From positions 441,006,001 to 441,070,000 of the forward strand of contig NC_067399.1 in NCBI RefSeq assembly GCF_016432865.1: 64,000 bases of DNA. The letters run 5' to 3'. Shown here in pieces: positions 8,366 to 21,915 of this stretch (position 1 is its first letter; each line of letters begins with the position of its first letter). Under the pieces are notes generated by a model. It ran no database searches. It worked only from the letters and a program-made list of their open reading frames with translations, and had not been told where the DNA came from. This stretch comes from Antechinus flavipes (lineage: Eukaryota). The position numbers and the translations under genes were made by a program.

Positions 8366-11300
8366 GTACAGTATATCCATCATCTCACCCTCTCTCTCCT
8401 ACCTTTTCCCCCTGCCCTCCTTGTCCTCATCCCTCCTCCGTCTTGGGGGAATTCTTCCCCTCCAGCTCTGAGGCCCCAGAAGCAATGGCTGAGGGTGGGA
8501 CTCAAGGATGCCAGTCACTTTCTGGGAGGCTCCCCCAGCTCTGTGTTTGGCTCTGGGCATCTCATCCCAGGGCTGAGAGCGTACACTTCAAAAAGCCCTG
8601 ACTCCCTGGCTCAGTGTTCATCCCTGCAGGCCACACCAGGAAGGACTTTGATTTTCATACTGTAGCATGATTTAAGGAATGTTTTGCCAACCTGTGATTT
8701 CACTGGCATATAAAACTCCCAGTGAGAAATTTTCCTCTACCAAGGTATACCTGTCCTTGCTCTGCACTATGATCCCAAACAGTTATCTGGGGCACTGAGT
8801 GACTTGCCCAGAACCAGTATGTATCAGGAGTAAAATTTGAACCCACGCTGAGTCTCACTCAGCTTTAGCAGTAAAGACTCACATTTGAATTATGATTTAC
8901 TGTTTATAGAAAGCTTCCTTCACATAATCCTATGAGGGAAGCATACAGACATCATTCCTTTTCTAGGATACATATGTGTTCCTGCTATTGTATTATGTAT
9001 GTACCAGAGTTTCATATCTCAGCCCCTCCATACTTTTCATCCTATGTAATACATGTCCATGTCCTTCCAAAACTCACTTTTAAAGGAGCCATCCATCTCA
9101 TTAGAGACCCTCCTCAGGAGTTTTTTATACTATATTGTCAATCCCAGTGCAACTAGGAACAGTTTTATCTGTCATCACAAATTATTCTATGATCTTGTCA
9201 CCTAATTTTTCTGACATAAATGTATACGAAATATATATGTGTGTGTGCACACATATGTATATATGTACACATTTATGCTACACATATATGTACATTTATA
9301 TAAATGTTACTTTTTATTTAGGTCACCTGTGATTTTTATTCTTCTGAGGTTTAGTGTTCCATGATTGAGAGACATAAATATATGGCACTATGGTGAAAAT
9401 ATTGGTCTGTAAAAAAAAAAAAAAGGCTCTTGTAATAAAGATCAGTTTGGGAAATTTCCCAAGTACAGTCCATCCTGATCTCCTTCTGTCTGTCAATTCT
9501 GGGCCCATTGCCCATTTGAATTTCCTATCCAAGATATGTGCGTTACTGAACCAAGTCAACGAGCTGCAGATCCAACTCTCTGTCATAATCTGGGCAATAG
9601 GCATTTTTCATTCATCATCACTTGCTTTTTCCTGTGGATTAATAGCCAATCTTTTTCGAGAGGCCCTGGATCTCACTAAGGAGGCCTTTTAGTGTTCCCA
9701 GACTCAATTCAATTAACAGTCAATCAATTAATCAATCAACCCAACTTCCAGAGCACTTCATGATTTTTTAAAAAGGCTTTCCAGTTTCCAGAGCACTTTA
9801 CAGCACTTTTAAAGCCAGGAATCAGGAATGCAAATATAAAAGTGAGACAGTCCTTGCCCTCAAGGAGCTTACATTCTACTGGGTATTTTGTCATTTCCAA
9901 ATAAAAGCATGTGGAGAACTTCACTTTCTATACAGAATCTCACCATCTTTTTAACCTTAAACCAAGATATTCTTCATGATAATAATGGGCAAGCTACTTT
10001 GGCAACCATGCACCTTCCTGTTTTATTGATGGAGAATCATTAAAGTCATCTCTGGAATAGCATTCTATCAAGGAATATTGTGTGATTTTGAAAAATCCGT
10101 GGGAGATATCTTGTTGGAAAAGACCATCTAAGGCTACATCTTCCTCTAACAAGTCAAATAACAACAGTGGCAGTAATAAGCAGCAGTAATTTTATAGTGC
10201 TTTAAAATTTACCAGTTGTTTTACATACATTATCTCATTTAAGACTTGGGCAATTCTGGAAGGTACATACTTGTGGCTAGTGTTATCCTGCTCACTGATA
10301 AATCAGGAAACAGACTAAAAAGATTAAGCTAGTAAATGTTGGGGCACAATCTGAACTCAGGTCTTTCTTGAGCATGGTACAGAAGAGAGTTCTGAAATTG
10401 GAGTCAAGGGATTTGAGTTCAAATGTTGGCACCTTTCCCTACTACTTTTGTGATCTTAACCTCTTTAATATTACATTTCTTTATCTGAAAAAAAAAAAAA
10501 AAGGAGAAAGATAGATAGATTTAATGACTTCTGAGGTCCATTCCAAATCCAACTCTACAAACTTGCAACTTCAAGTTCAGAGGCAATGTGTTAGATTCAT
10601 TTTGTTTTGTTTCATAGTGAATGGAGAGCTAACTCTTAAGCCAATTAGGCCTGAGTTCAATTCCTGTCTCTGCCATATACTGCTTCCGTGACATATGGGA
10701 AAGCACTTAGTATTTTAAGTGCTCTAGTGATTTTTAAGACTATAACTTTCTTTTGAAAATTAAACCTATAAATTGCAAGGAAGATTCCAACCTGTATTGG
10801 TGGAGAAAGTTTCCTCACCTTTAACCAATGAAATCATGGGTCTAGTTTCTATTCTAGGAGGAGTTAGGTGGTGGAATGGATCCATTATAGGACCTGGGCT
10901 CAGGAAGACCTGAGTTCAAATGTCACTTCCTACTCTTAAGAGTTATTAAACTCTGAACAAGTTCCCTGTCCTCCATCTTCCTCAGCTTCCTGTCTATAAA
11001 ATGAGAATAATAATAGCATCTACATCCCGGGGTTGGTTTGAGGATTAAATGAGATGACTATAAAGCACTTAGCAGTGCATGGCACATAGTAAACACTAAA
11101 TAAATATTGGCTGTTGTAATTATTATTATTATTCCTGATCTGTAGTCAACAAACCATAAACTAAATATGGTTTTATATTCTCTATAGTTCCCAGTTAATT
11201 GGATTTTGTGAAGATGTGATCTAGATAGCTATTGAAAAAGCCCTTCTCATTTTCATCAAGGATATTCTATTATTATTAATTTTTTTTAGTAATGAGAGAG

Positions 11301-11774
11301 TAGGTATGTGAGTTATCTGATGCCTTCTTATTCATTTATTTTTTGTTATCAATAACAAAATATTTTATTAACAATAAAATATATTAAAATATTTGATAAC
11401 AGCATGTTATTAATAATAAAAATAGTTTTGATATTTTCCACTTGGGGGGGGGGCTTTTCTTTCCTGAGTATATAAATACTTTGATAACTCTATGATCTCA
11501 TCAGTGTAGCTGTTCCTCTCCTTGGTACATATTACAATTCATCTACACTTTGTGACTCTTATCATGTCTTCCAGTGAATTCTTTCCAAATATTCTCCCCA
11601 GTGTCTCGGAAGTCTTTTTCTATCCCTCTCTTGACATTGCCTGGATACCCAGCTTTTGGGTGATTCCTCACTCTCGTTACATAATCAGGCCCCCTACTTT
11701 TCTAAACATATCTCTCTATGATGATGTCTTTTACCTGGCTTTTTCTGTTCAATCTCTTGTTGGTACAACTTTTT

Positions 11775-12310
11775 TTTTATTTTAAAGGTATTTTATTTTT
11801 ACATGCAATACATGCAAAAATAGTTTTCAACATTTACCAAGTCAATTGGAATTAACTTGAATCACCTTATTGTTGAAAAGAGCCAAGTCCATCACCAATG
11901 ATCATCACATAATCTTGCTGTTACTGTGTACAATGTTCTCTTGGTTCTGCTCATTTCACTTTGCATCAGTTTATATAAGTCTGTTCTGAACTTAGCCTGC
12001 TCATTCTTTCTTTCTTTCTTTCTTTTTTGTTGAGGCAATTGGGGTTAAGTGACTTGCCCAGGGTCACACAGCTAAGAAGTATTAAGTGTCTGTGGTCAGA
12101 TTTGAATTCAGGTCCTCCTGACCTCAGAGCTGGTACTCTATTCATTGTGCCATCTAACTACTCCTCATTATTTCTTATAGAACAATAATATACCATTACA
12201 TTCATATACTATAATTTATTCAGCCATTCCCCAACTGATAGTCATTCAATGAATTTACAGTTCCTTGCTACTTCAAAAAGAGCTGTTACAAACATTTTTG
12301 CACATATGTT
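11775..12310 (-). mobile_element. L1 3' fragment interrupted by a WSINE1-like SINE (12006-12165, minus)
   Basis: L1 motifs ctcttggttctgctcatttcac and cagccattccccaactgat. The SINE is flanked by a near-duplicate ctcatt(c/a)tttct, consistent with a TSD. Confidence 0.75.
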
Positions 12311-12849
12311 GATCCACAATTTTAATTCTTCAGAAACTGATACTTTGTAACTTACTATCATAAATGTAGTATCACCAGAAAAAAAATTCACGCTAAAAAT
12401 GAATCTTTATTTTGGAGGATTAGATTGGGATTATAAGAAAACAAATTTAGAGCTGGAAGAAATCTTAGACATCATGTAATGCATGACTATTCTGCTAAAA
12501 GTACATTTGAAAACCAGGTGACTTGACTCCAAGTCCAGCTCTCTCTTCACTACATCACGTTGTTTCTCTGTTTTATGAAAAACTCAACGTTCTGATGAAT
12601 TTCCCTAACCTGTTCTTCCTATTGGAAGGAGATATCTTGGAACCCTTATTGCTCAAATCACCTTCTCTCAGGACTCAGATATCCCTGATTATCCTTGGAC
12701 AGATTGTCATAAAAATGGTCTCCTCTCCCTGGGAATATTCTGATTTTTAGGAGAGACCCAGGACTTTTATTCACTTTGAATCATCAAAAACCCAAAGCAA
12801 AAGGAGTCTAAAAAACCATTCAGTCACAAAGTCACAGAATCCCAAAGTT

Positions 12850-14100
12850 AGCAGAATTCTCAGACACCCCACCAGTGCATGCCTGAACAAGAATATCTGC
12901 TATCATTCACCAGATCTATACACAGGATATCACCCAGTAGTCAGCCAGACTCAGCTTGAAGACTCCAAGTGAATGTGAACTCACTACTTCCCAAAGGCGG
13001 TGCATTACACTTTTGGATAACTCACATAATTAACAAGTTTCTTCCTTATGTCAAATATAAATTTGTCTCTCTACAATTTTTATCTGTTGTTCCTGCTTCT
13101 TCCATATGGGATCAAAGAAAATAAATCTAATTCATGCGAGCCTTGAAGCCAACTATTATGTTCCCTCCAAGTCTTCTTTTTTCCAAGATAAACATCTTCA
13201 GTTCTTTCAACTAATTCTTACATGGTGTAATTTTGAGATCCTTCACCAGTCAAGTCACCCTCTCCTAGACATTTTCCAGTTTATCATCATCCTTGTAGAA
13301 CGCAGAATTGAATTCAATTTTCCAGATGTCATCTGACCACAACAAAGTCCAGTAAGTCCTATCATCTTCATCCCCTTCCCAATCTTGGACATTTCTATGA
13401 TTGCATTAGCTCTCTGTCTACTTGGCTTCACTACTGATTCATACTGAGTCATTTAAAAATAAATACAGATATTTTTCAAACAAATTGCTATCATTTCATA
13501 TTATGTTTGTGAAACTATTTCTTTCAATCTAACTAGGACTTAACATTTATTCCTACTAAATTTCATTTTATTAGATTTGGCCCGTTTTAACTTTTGGAGA
13601 CTTTTGGGTCAGGAGATAGTAGTTGCGCTTCTTAGCTTCATGATGTCACAAAATTTGACAAGCATTAAACCATTATTGACCATTCTCTAGATTTAAGCAT
13701 TCAACTAGTTCCAAATCCATTTGTCTGCACTCTTGTTTAACTTACATGTTTCAATATTGTCCACAAGAATTATTTCATAAAAAACTTTGTAAATGTTTTG
13801 CTAAGATCTAGGTAAACTATGTCTAAAAAATTCATTAGATCTACCCTGTCAAAAAAGAAAATGAGGTTGGTCTTACATGTCTTATCCTTGATGAAACCAT
13901 CTTATCTCTTCATGATTGCTGCTCCTTTTATAAAAATTCACTAATTAATAGTATTTGCTAATTAAGGAATGAATACTAAGTAATACTGTATTCTAGAATT
14001 TTCCAAGTTATCAAAGTCAAGGTCACTGGTCTCTAGTTTGTAGGTTCTCTTATTTCAAAATCAACACATTTACCTTTTTCGAGTGCTGTTCCTCAGTCTT
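12850..14100 (-). mobile_element. Degenerate CR1/L3 LINE fragments
   Basis: Motifs such as tctaccctgtcaaaaaagaaaatgaggttggtct..atg.cttatccttgatgaaacc and agtcagccagactcagcttgaagactcc resemble reverse L3 ORF2/3' end. Confidence 0.55.
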
Positions 14101-14174
14101 TTGTTCTTCTTTATAATCTTTCAAAGACAGTGGTTCAATGATCTCACCTCCTTTGAGGGAAGATATAGTCTCTT

Positions 14175-14415
14175 GCTGTTGTTCAGTCATGTCAGTCATA
14201 TCCAAGTCTTTGTGACCTCATTTGGGATTTTCTTAACAAAGATACCAGACTAATTTGCCATTTCTATTGCCAGATCATTTTATGTATGAGGAAACTGAGG
14301 CAAATGGGGTTAAATGACTTACTAGGAAGTATCTGGTCCAGATTTGAATGAAGAAAGATGAGTCTTTCAGATTCCAAGCTCAGTGCTTTATCCACTGCAA
14401 CACCTAGCTGCCCAC
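14175..14415 (-). mobile_element. Mar1-like SINE
   Basis: gttgttcagtcat...gacctcatttgggattttcttaacaaagatacc...gaggaaactgaggcaaatggggttaaatgact. Confidence 0.75.
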
Positions 14416-15454
14416 CAGTACTCTTTTATTATTTCCTTTCTTGTCTGAGATTCCAACTTCCAATAAGCCATTATTGTTCTGTTCTCTTCAGTTTAAATAT
14501 TATTTTTCTTGGCAAAGAATGGTCATAGTTGAGTAGTTCTCCCTTTTCTCCTGAGCCTAAACTCTGGTTCTATCACTACTTTAGTTTTCCTTTTCCTTAA
14601 ATAGCTAAAGAAGACCCTTTCCATTGTCTCTATGATTCCTTACCAGCTTAACTCATTTCCAAATATAGCATTCTTGACTCTGTACTCCCACAACACATTT
14701 TTATATTCATCTTGTTACTTGTTTTTGTTTCCATCTTTTGTGCAATTGTTTTATTTTTTTTCCTTTGGACATTCCTCCTAGGTGTGCTAGAAATGATATT
14801 ATTTAGTTTTTTAAAAAAACTTTAAATATAATATATAATATATTATATCATATATAAATATAAACTATAAACATAAATACAAAACAACAGAATAGAAAGC
14901 ATAAGTAAATTAGACAGTTAATCTATTGAGGTAGTCATGATGTCCATCAGCCACTGTTATTACCAGGTATCATCACAAAACCAAGAGAAACAAACAAATA
15001 GTATAACACACCCTCTTACTCTTTCTTGTTTACTTAATATAATTTCTTCATGATCTACCTAATCTTTTACACTTTTAAAATATGTGTTTATATCAAAAAT
15101 TTATTATAAAAGAAAGGGGGAAGCAATTCAGTCAAAATAACAAACACATTAATTGAATCCGACACAACATGCTGTGTTCTACATCCAAGATCCAGAAGTA
15201 GCCTGAGCAGCATATTGTCTCCCCCCACCTTCACTGTCTCAAAGAATAGAGGGAGGAAGGTTTTCTTCTTTCTTCTCTGAGGACAAACTTGTCATCATAA
15301 TTACACAGCATTCAGTTTCTTTTATTAGTGTTCTTTCCATTCACAGCATTGTATTCATTGAACATTATTTTCCTATTTCTTCTAGATTCACTTTAAATCT
15401 AATTCATTTCAAGTCTTCTCATACTTCTCTATGTTCATAATGCTCATCATTTCT

Positions 15455-15800
15455 TTTTTAAAAATAATATTTTTCCAATTATGTGTAAACAACTTTTAAC
15501 ATTCATTTTAAAATAAAATTTTGAGTTCCAAATTTTCTTTCTCCCTATTATTTCCCCTCCCTAAGAGGTAAGCAATTTTATATGTTATATGTGCAATCAT
15601 GTAAAACATTTCCATATAAGTCACATTGTGAAAAAAGAAATATAACAAAAGAACAAACTACAAAAAATTAAATAAAAAGCAGTATGCTTCGGTCTTCACT
15701 CATATTGCACTAATTCTTTCTCTGGATATGGATAGCATTTTCCATCATGAATCTTTTGAAATTGTCTTGGATCATTGTACCACTCACTGATGCTCATCAT
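15455..15800 (-). mobile_element. L1 3' UTR fragment
   Basis: acttttaacattcattt...gagttccaaattttc...catgtaaaacatttccata, matching the other L1 copies. Confidence 0.65.
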
Positions 15801-16199
15801 TTCTTATATATTATATATGTCCTTTTTGTTGTTGTAATGTCCACATTAATCTCTTGAGAAAATTTCCTTTTCAAAGTTTTTCTCTTTTATTCTTGAGAAT
15901 TTCCTATACTCCCTGGGGATGCCCTGTAGAATTTTAGTTCTGAAAATTTTACCTGGGTTTCCTGAACCTTTTGAAATCTGCTCTGTGAAAATCTAGGATG
16001 TTTGTCACACTATGCCCAGTTTTTCTCTCCTTTTCTGTAACAAATTCAAAGAAGGAAGTCACTTCTCCCCATCATTTCCATTCCAACAACCAGCTCCACC
16101 CCACTGATGAGAATTGGGTCAAGAATAGCAATTCCCTCTGTTGCTTCCTCCATCATTTGACAGATTAAATTACCAACAAGGTATTTTGGTTTCTGACCT

Positions 16200-16650
16200 A
16201 ATCATTTAAACTGAAATTTCCTTCTCCAAGGTTACCAGTGATCTTTTAATTGCCAGATCTCATGGCTTTTTTTTTTCAGTGCTCATCTTTCTTGAACTTT
16301 TTGCAGCCTTTTACATTGTTGATCATCATCTCTTGGGTATTTTCTCCTCTCTAGAATTTCATTTTATTCTTCTACTCTTGAAATATCACTTACTTGTCTG
16401 TCAGTTTCTTTTCAATCTACTTTAATGGATGTTTATCCCAAGTCATGACCACTTATATTCATGTTCTCCAAAGCTTTATCTTAGGGCCCCTTTTCTTCTC
16501 TCTCAGTACTATCTTGTTTAGTGATCGTCAACTCCCATAGGTTTAATTATCATCATTATGCAGATGATTCACAGATTGTTATATCCTATCTTAGTCTATA
16601 TCTTGGGCTTCAGTCTTATATCTCTGCCTACTAGACATCTTGAACTGGTT
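16200..16650 (+). mobile_element. L2 LINE fragment (further L2 pieces near 20660-21230, 22860-23200, 25830-26070, 29090-29340, 33310-33800, 47900-48350, 50880-51530)
   Basis: L2 ORF2-type motifs: ctcatctttcttgaac...gcagcctttgacac-like, ttatcatcattatgcagatgattcacag (recalled YADD-like RT motif). Confidence 0.6.
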
Positions 16651-16654
16651 GTCT

Positions 16655-16842
16655 TATTGTTGTTGAGTCATCTCATTCATATTCAGTTCTCTATGACCCC
16701 ATTTGGGATTTTCTTGGCAAAGATACTGTAGTGGTTTGTCATTTTTTTCTCCAACATTTTACAGATGAGCTGAGACAAAAATGACTAAGTGACTTACCCA
16801 GGGTCACATAACTAGTAAGTGTCCAAGGTCAAATTTGAATGA
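16655..16842 (-). mobile_element. Mar1-like SINE
   Basis: tgttgagtca...gaccccatttgggattttcttggcaaagatactgtagtggtttgtc...gtgacttacccagggtcaca. Confidence 0.75.
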
Positions 16843-16934
16843 GGGTAGCTCACTGAATGAGTGGATAGAATTTTCTGAAGTCAGGAGGACCTGAGTAGAC
16901 CTAAGTAGAACTGTCTACTTTGGGAGTGGGAGGG

Positions 16935-17012
16935 AGAAGGAAAGAAGGAAGGAAGGAAGCAAGGAAGGAATCAAGGAAGGAAGGAAGGAATCAAGGAAGA
17001 AAGGAAGGAAGG
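16935..17012 (+). repeat. Imperfect (GGAA)n microsatellite
   Basis: Read directly from the sequence. Confidence 0.9.
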
Positions 17013-19789
17013 AGCTCTTCTGGCCCTGCCCAGGCATTCTGTAGTGTAATATCACTGAGGCCACATAGTCCAAATCATATCTTCCTGACAAGTGCTCATC
17101 TGCTCTTTGCTTGGTCTCTACAGGTCATGGAGGATCATTTATCACTTGAGGCAACCCATTCTATCTTGTAATAGATCAACATAGTACTGTGGAAAACTCA
17201 CTGACTCAAAGGATTTGGTTCAATTCCACCTTTCACATTTACTATCTAATGTGACTTTGGCCGTGTCTCTTAATCTCCATTGACCTCAGTCTTCTCATCT
17301 GTAAAATGAAGTGGTTAAATTAGGTGGCCTGTTAGGCTCTGGATCGTACAATCTAATTGTTGGGGAATTTTCCCTTACATTGACTTTATATTTGTCTTTT
17401 TGCAATTCCACCCAATTTGCTCCTCATTCTCTCTTCTATCACTTTGGTTTCTGCTTCCATTGAGAGCCATAGGATTATTTCCCATCTTACATCTCCATTT
17501 TGCTTCTAAATTTGTTCAAATAAGTGTACCTTTGTAATACAGACACTTCTTTCCCTTTTACCAATGCTGTTCATAGTGAATAAAGCACATATTCATATAT
17601 TTATTCTTTCAAAGCCATTATTCCCAATCCAAAAAGTCTAGAGATACCTGTAGAGTTGAGTTTGCCTCCCTCCTTGCATTAGGCTTGCTATTTCATCTTA
17701 CCTGATTTCTATAATATATGTATTTGTGCATCTCCAGTCATCCTAATATATATCTTGTCACTGGGCCCAGATGATTCTGAAGGAGTGGTGACTTTGCACA
17801 GCCCTCCCTCACTTAAATCCAATTCACTTGTATGTCACCTGCCTGATGTCATGATCCTTTTTGAAAACAAAGGACAAACAACAGTGACAGTAGCAGCATT
17901 TGTGCATAAACATCTAAGGGATTGGATTTTTTCTTGGATTTTGGTCTCCTATGAATTTGGGGACTTTTCTATGTTTATTCTTCTTCTTGCATTGGCACAA
18001 TTCTTCTTCTGTCTGGCTTTGTAAATCTATATAGGCAATCTTCTCTTTACTCCTTCTTTTTCAGTTCAACCTCCTTATTTTACAGATGGGGAAACTGAGT
18101 CCCAGATCCCCCTCTGGGATCAAACAGGGACTTGCCCAAGGTTCCTATAGAAGAAATATAGTTGTTATATAGTCTTATAAAAGCCTTATAAAAGAACTAA
18201 AACCCACAAGAAAGAGAAAGTTCTCTTGGCTTTGACCTTTTGGCAACAAAATAAAGCCCAAACTCCTCAGCATTGATTGTCCTCTACAATTGGCCCCCAG
18301 TCAATGCACAACTGTAATGAAGGATAGAATATGATTATTGTATGAGAAACTAGCAAACAAAATCCAAGGGGAGTTAGAGGAAGCAAAGATGACTCCTCAC
18401 TAGGGAACTCAGAGCAGATATTATTCAGATAATACTTCTGGAGGAGGTATTATTACAACTGAACCTTGTAAAATTATTAGAATTTAGGTAGATAGAGAAG
18501 GGGAAGAAATACAGTATCTCAGTTTTAAGGAATTCTATGAGGAAAAATTGAGGGATAGGAAGACATGGTTGAATGCCCTTCATTCACTTTGGTTTCTGTA
18601 TACAAGTATATAGTATAACAAGCCATTCACTGTGGCTGGAACAAGTCTTACCCACTTTGCTTGCTACAGCTTTGGGAAATAAGTACTTTATAGCCTCATA
18701 TAGTGGATAGAACAATAGATTCAGACTCATGAAGTCTTGAATTCAAAATCTGACTCAAATATTTAATAGGTCTGTGATTCTGATCCAAAACCTTTCTTTA
18801 CTTCACTTAACGTTTCTTTACTTCAGTTTTCTCCCATATTAAATAAGCAAGTTGGATTCAGTGATGGTCCTTTATGGCTCTAAATCTGTGGTCCTACCAT
18901 TTAATTCCATTTAACAAATGAGGAAATTGAAACTCAGAGAAGGAAAGTGAATGAGAGATGAGGCTGGACAGGGAGATTGGTAGAAGAGATTGGATACTGA
19001 GGAATTTGAGCTTTATTCTGTAGGCTTCAGGCTAAACTATCAGAGTTTTCTCTGCTATTTTGAGGGACCTATTGGACCTAGTTTTCAAACCAGACAGCAC
19101 CTCCCAGAGTCTCTCAAGATCTACAGCAGTGACTCTCCCCCTCCTTCACTTCTCAGTCACCTTCTCTTCCAACACCCCAAACTGTGTAACTTTGGCAAAG
19201 TCCATTGAGTTTGAGTGATACCACCATCTGGTGGAAAGAATCTTGGAATGGGAGTTCAGGGACCTGGGTTTGAATCCTAGCTCTGTGATTTTTACCTTTG
19301 TGATCTTGCAGAGGTCATCTCATCTCCTCAGGCTTCAGTCTCCATAGCTGTAAAATAAGGGACAAGATCCAAGATCATTTTCAGTTCTGAACCCTGAAAC
19401 CTATGGCAACTTCTCTGGAATTCACTTGACTTTCCTCAAATGTAAAACAGAGTTGATCCCTGTTCTGTCTAAGACAAGAGGCAGAATGGTGTAACAGACA
19501 GAGAAACAACTTTGAAATCAGGATGACCTGGCTTCCAGGCTTACCTCTGACATATATTGAATTGACAGTGTCATATTGGAAAGTCATTTACCCACTCAGG
19601 CAACTCTAAGACTATAAGCATCAAGGGGAGAGCTAATTTGCCTTTTTGTGTAGGGAATTTCCTCTTCAGGAGTTCCCAATACCAATAAAGTCATAAGTCT
19701 GGTCTCACAGATAAAGCCATCTAACATACAAAGCTACAAGGAAAATTATTGTAAGCATTAAAGCACTATAGAAATAAGAGTTACTTAAC

Positions 19790-20195
19790 AAGATTATGTG
19801 ATGATCAACTGTGATAAATTTGGCTCTTCTCAACAATGCAGTGATTCAAGGAAATTGCCATAAACTTGGGATGGAAAATGCCATCTGCATCCAGAAAGAA
19901 AATTATGGAGGCTGAATATGGATTGAAGCATGATATTTCCACTTTTTTGTTGTTTGTTTTTTTCTTTCCCATGGGTTTTCCCTTCTAGTCTGATTTTTCT
20001 TGCACAACATGACAGATTTGGAAATATGTTTAAAAGGATTACACATATTTAACCTGTATCTGATTGCTTGCTCTCTTGGAGCAAGAGGAGGTAAGGAAGA
20101 AAGTGAGAAAAATTTGGAACACAAAGTCTTACAAAAATGACTGTTAAAAACTATCTTTTTATGTATTTTAAAAAAATACCATTGAGAAAAAAAAG
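19790..20195 (+). mobile_element. L1 3' end
   Basis: gatcaactgtgat..ttggctcttctcaacaatg...gcatccagaaag...tttggaacacaaag...aaaaactatc with an A-rich tail. Confidence 0.75.
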
Positions 20196-21374
20196 GAAAT
20201 AAAAGTTATTTTTAGTGATGACAGGATGTGATGGACCATCTAGTTAAATCTTTGGTTTTGTTTTATGCAAATAACCCAAGCTAGTGGAAAAAACACTGGA
20301 CCTCAAGTCAAAAATCAAGACTCTGACACCTACTTAGACATATACTTTCCCTGTCTGCACCTGTTTCTTCATTCACAAAATGGCTATAATATAGATAGCA
20401 AAAAAAAAGATTTCTATGCTTTAGTGGACCACAAGCTCAAGATAGCTCATTAAGAACAAGCAAAAGAAACTAATTCCACTTTAGACTTCACTTAGAAAAT
20501 ATTAACATTGAGCATTTGGGAGATAATAGTCTCACTGAATTCTACCCAGTTCTGGAAGTATTACTTCACTTCTGTGCAACATATTCAAGGGGAATATGAT
20601 AGATGCCTTGAAATAAGATATTGATTCTCAAATATTCCGGACATGTTAGTGTTGTACCATGAATTCAATTATCACCTCTATGCAACTGACTTTCAGATCT
20701 ATTTATCCAGCCCTAATCTCCCTCCTTGCATCTTGTCTTATATTTATAACTTCTTCTAGATATTAAGCACTAGATGCTTGTTGATTTCTTAAATCAACAT
20801 GTCAAAAACTGAACTCATTTATCATCTCCCCAAAACCCTACCCCCTTCTGAATTTCTCTGTTACTATGGAAGTTGTTGCCATCTTTCCAGTCACCCAGGC
20901 TTGCAACCTGGGGGTCATTTTCCATCAAATTTGTTGATCTTCCTCAAGCTCTTCTCATTCTCACCCACCCCCATATCCAGTAAGTTGCCAAGTCTTGCCA
21001 CTTCTACCTTTGCAACTACTCTGGTATATGACCCATTTTCTCCTCCAATATAACACTTTAGTCCAGGTCTCGTCATCTCATACCTCAATTACTGAAAAAA
21101 TTTTCAGATTGGCATCCCAGCCTAAAATCTCTCCTCACACTAATCTCTCCTCCTTCCACCTAACAATGTGATCTTCCTAAAGCTACATATCTTGCCATGT
21201 CACTAATCTATTCAATAAACTGTACTGAAATCTATTGCTGTTATCTACAATATAGCATAAAAATCTTCTGTTTAACTTTTAGAAATATTAATTAAAACAA
21301 AGATCTGCCTTTTCTCCCTCCAAACTCATCTCTCTGCAACAGAAAAAGCAAAGAAAAACAAAACTCTTGTTACA

Positions 21375-21915
21375 AATATGCATAGTCAAACAAAACAAAT
21401 TCCCACATAGGCAATGTTCAAAAAAGAAAAAAAAAACATTTTAATCTGCACTCTGAGGCCATCTCTTTCTTAGGAAGTATCTAGACTGTTTCATAATTAA
21501 TTCTCTGGAATGATTTTTGCATTGTGTTGATCATAATTCCCAAGTCTTTCAGAGTTGTTTGTCTTTTCCATGTTGCTATCATTGAACAAAATTCTCTCCT
21601 GGTTCTGCTCACTTCTCTTTGCATCTGTTCATACAAGTCTCCCTGGGGTTCTCTTTCATCATTTCTTATAACATGATAGTATTCCACCACATTTATATAC
21701 CATTTCTTTTCTTCTCCAATGGATGGGTATCCCTTCATTTTCCAATTCTTGGCCACCACAAAAGAGCTTCTATGTGAAGAAGCATGAAAGGAACATGCAG
21801 TTTTTTTTCCCTCTTTCCCTCATGTCTAAACCTAATAATACTACTGGATCAAAGGGCATGCACAGTCTAATCATTTTTGGGGGATAGTTCCAAGTTGCTT
21901 TCCAGAATGTCTCAC
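21375..21915 (-). mobile_element. L1 ORF2 C-terminus and 3' UTR fragment
   Basis: Minus-strand ORF VAKNWKMKGYPSIGE..WYINVVEYYHVIRNDE resembles the L1 ORF2 C-terminus. Confidence 0.8.

Noticed and set aside
10882-10891. Perfect CArG box CCATTATAGG
   Set aside because: A single hit inside a decayed SINE head, expected by chance in 64 kb.
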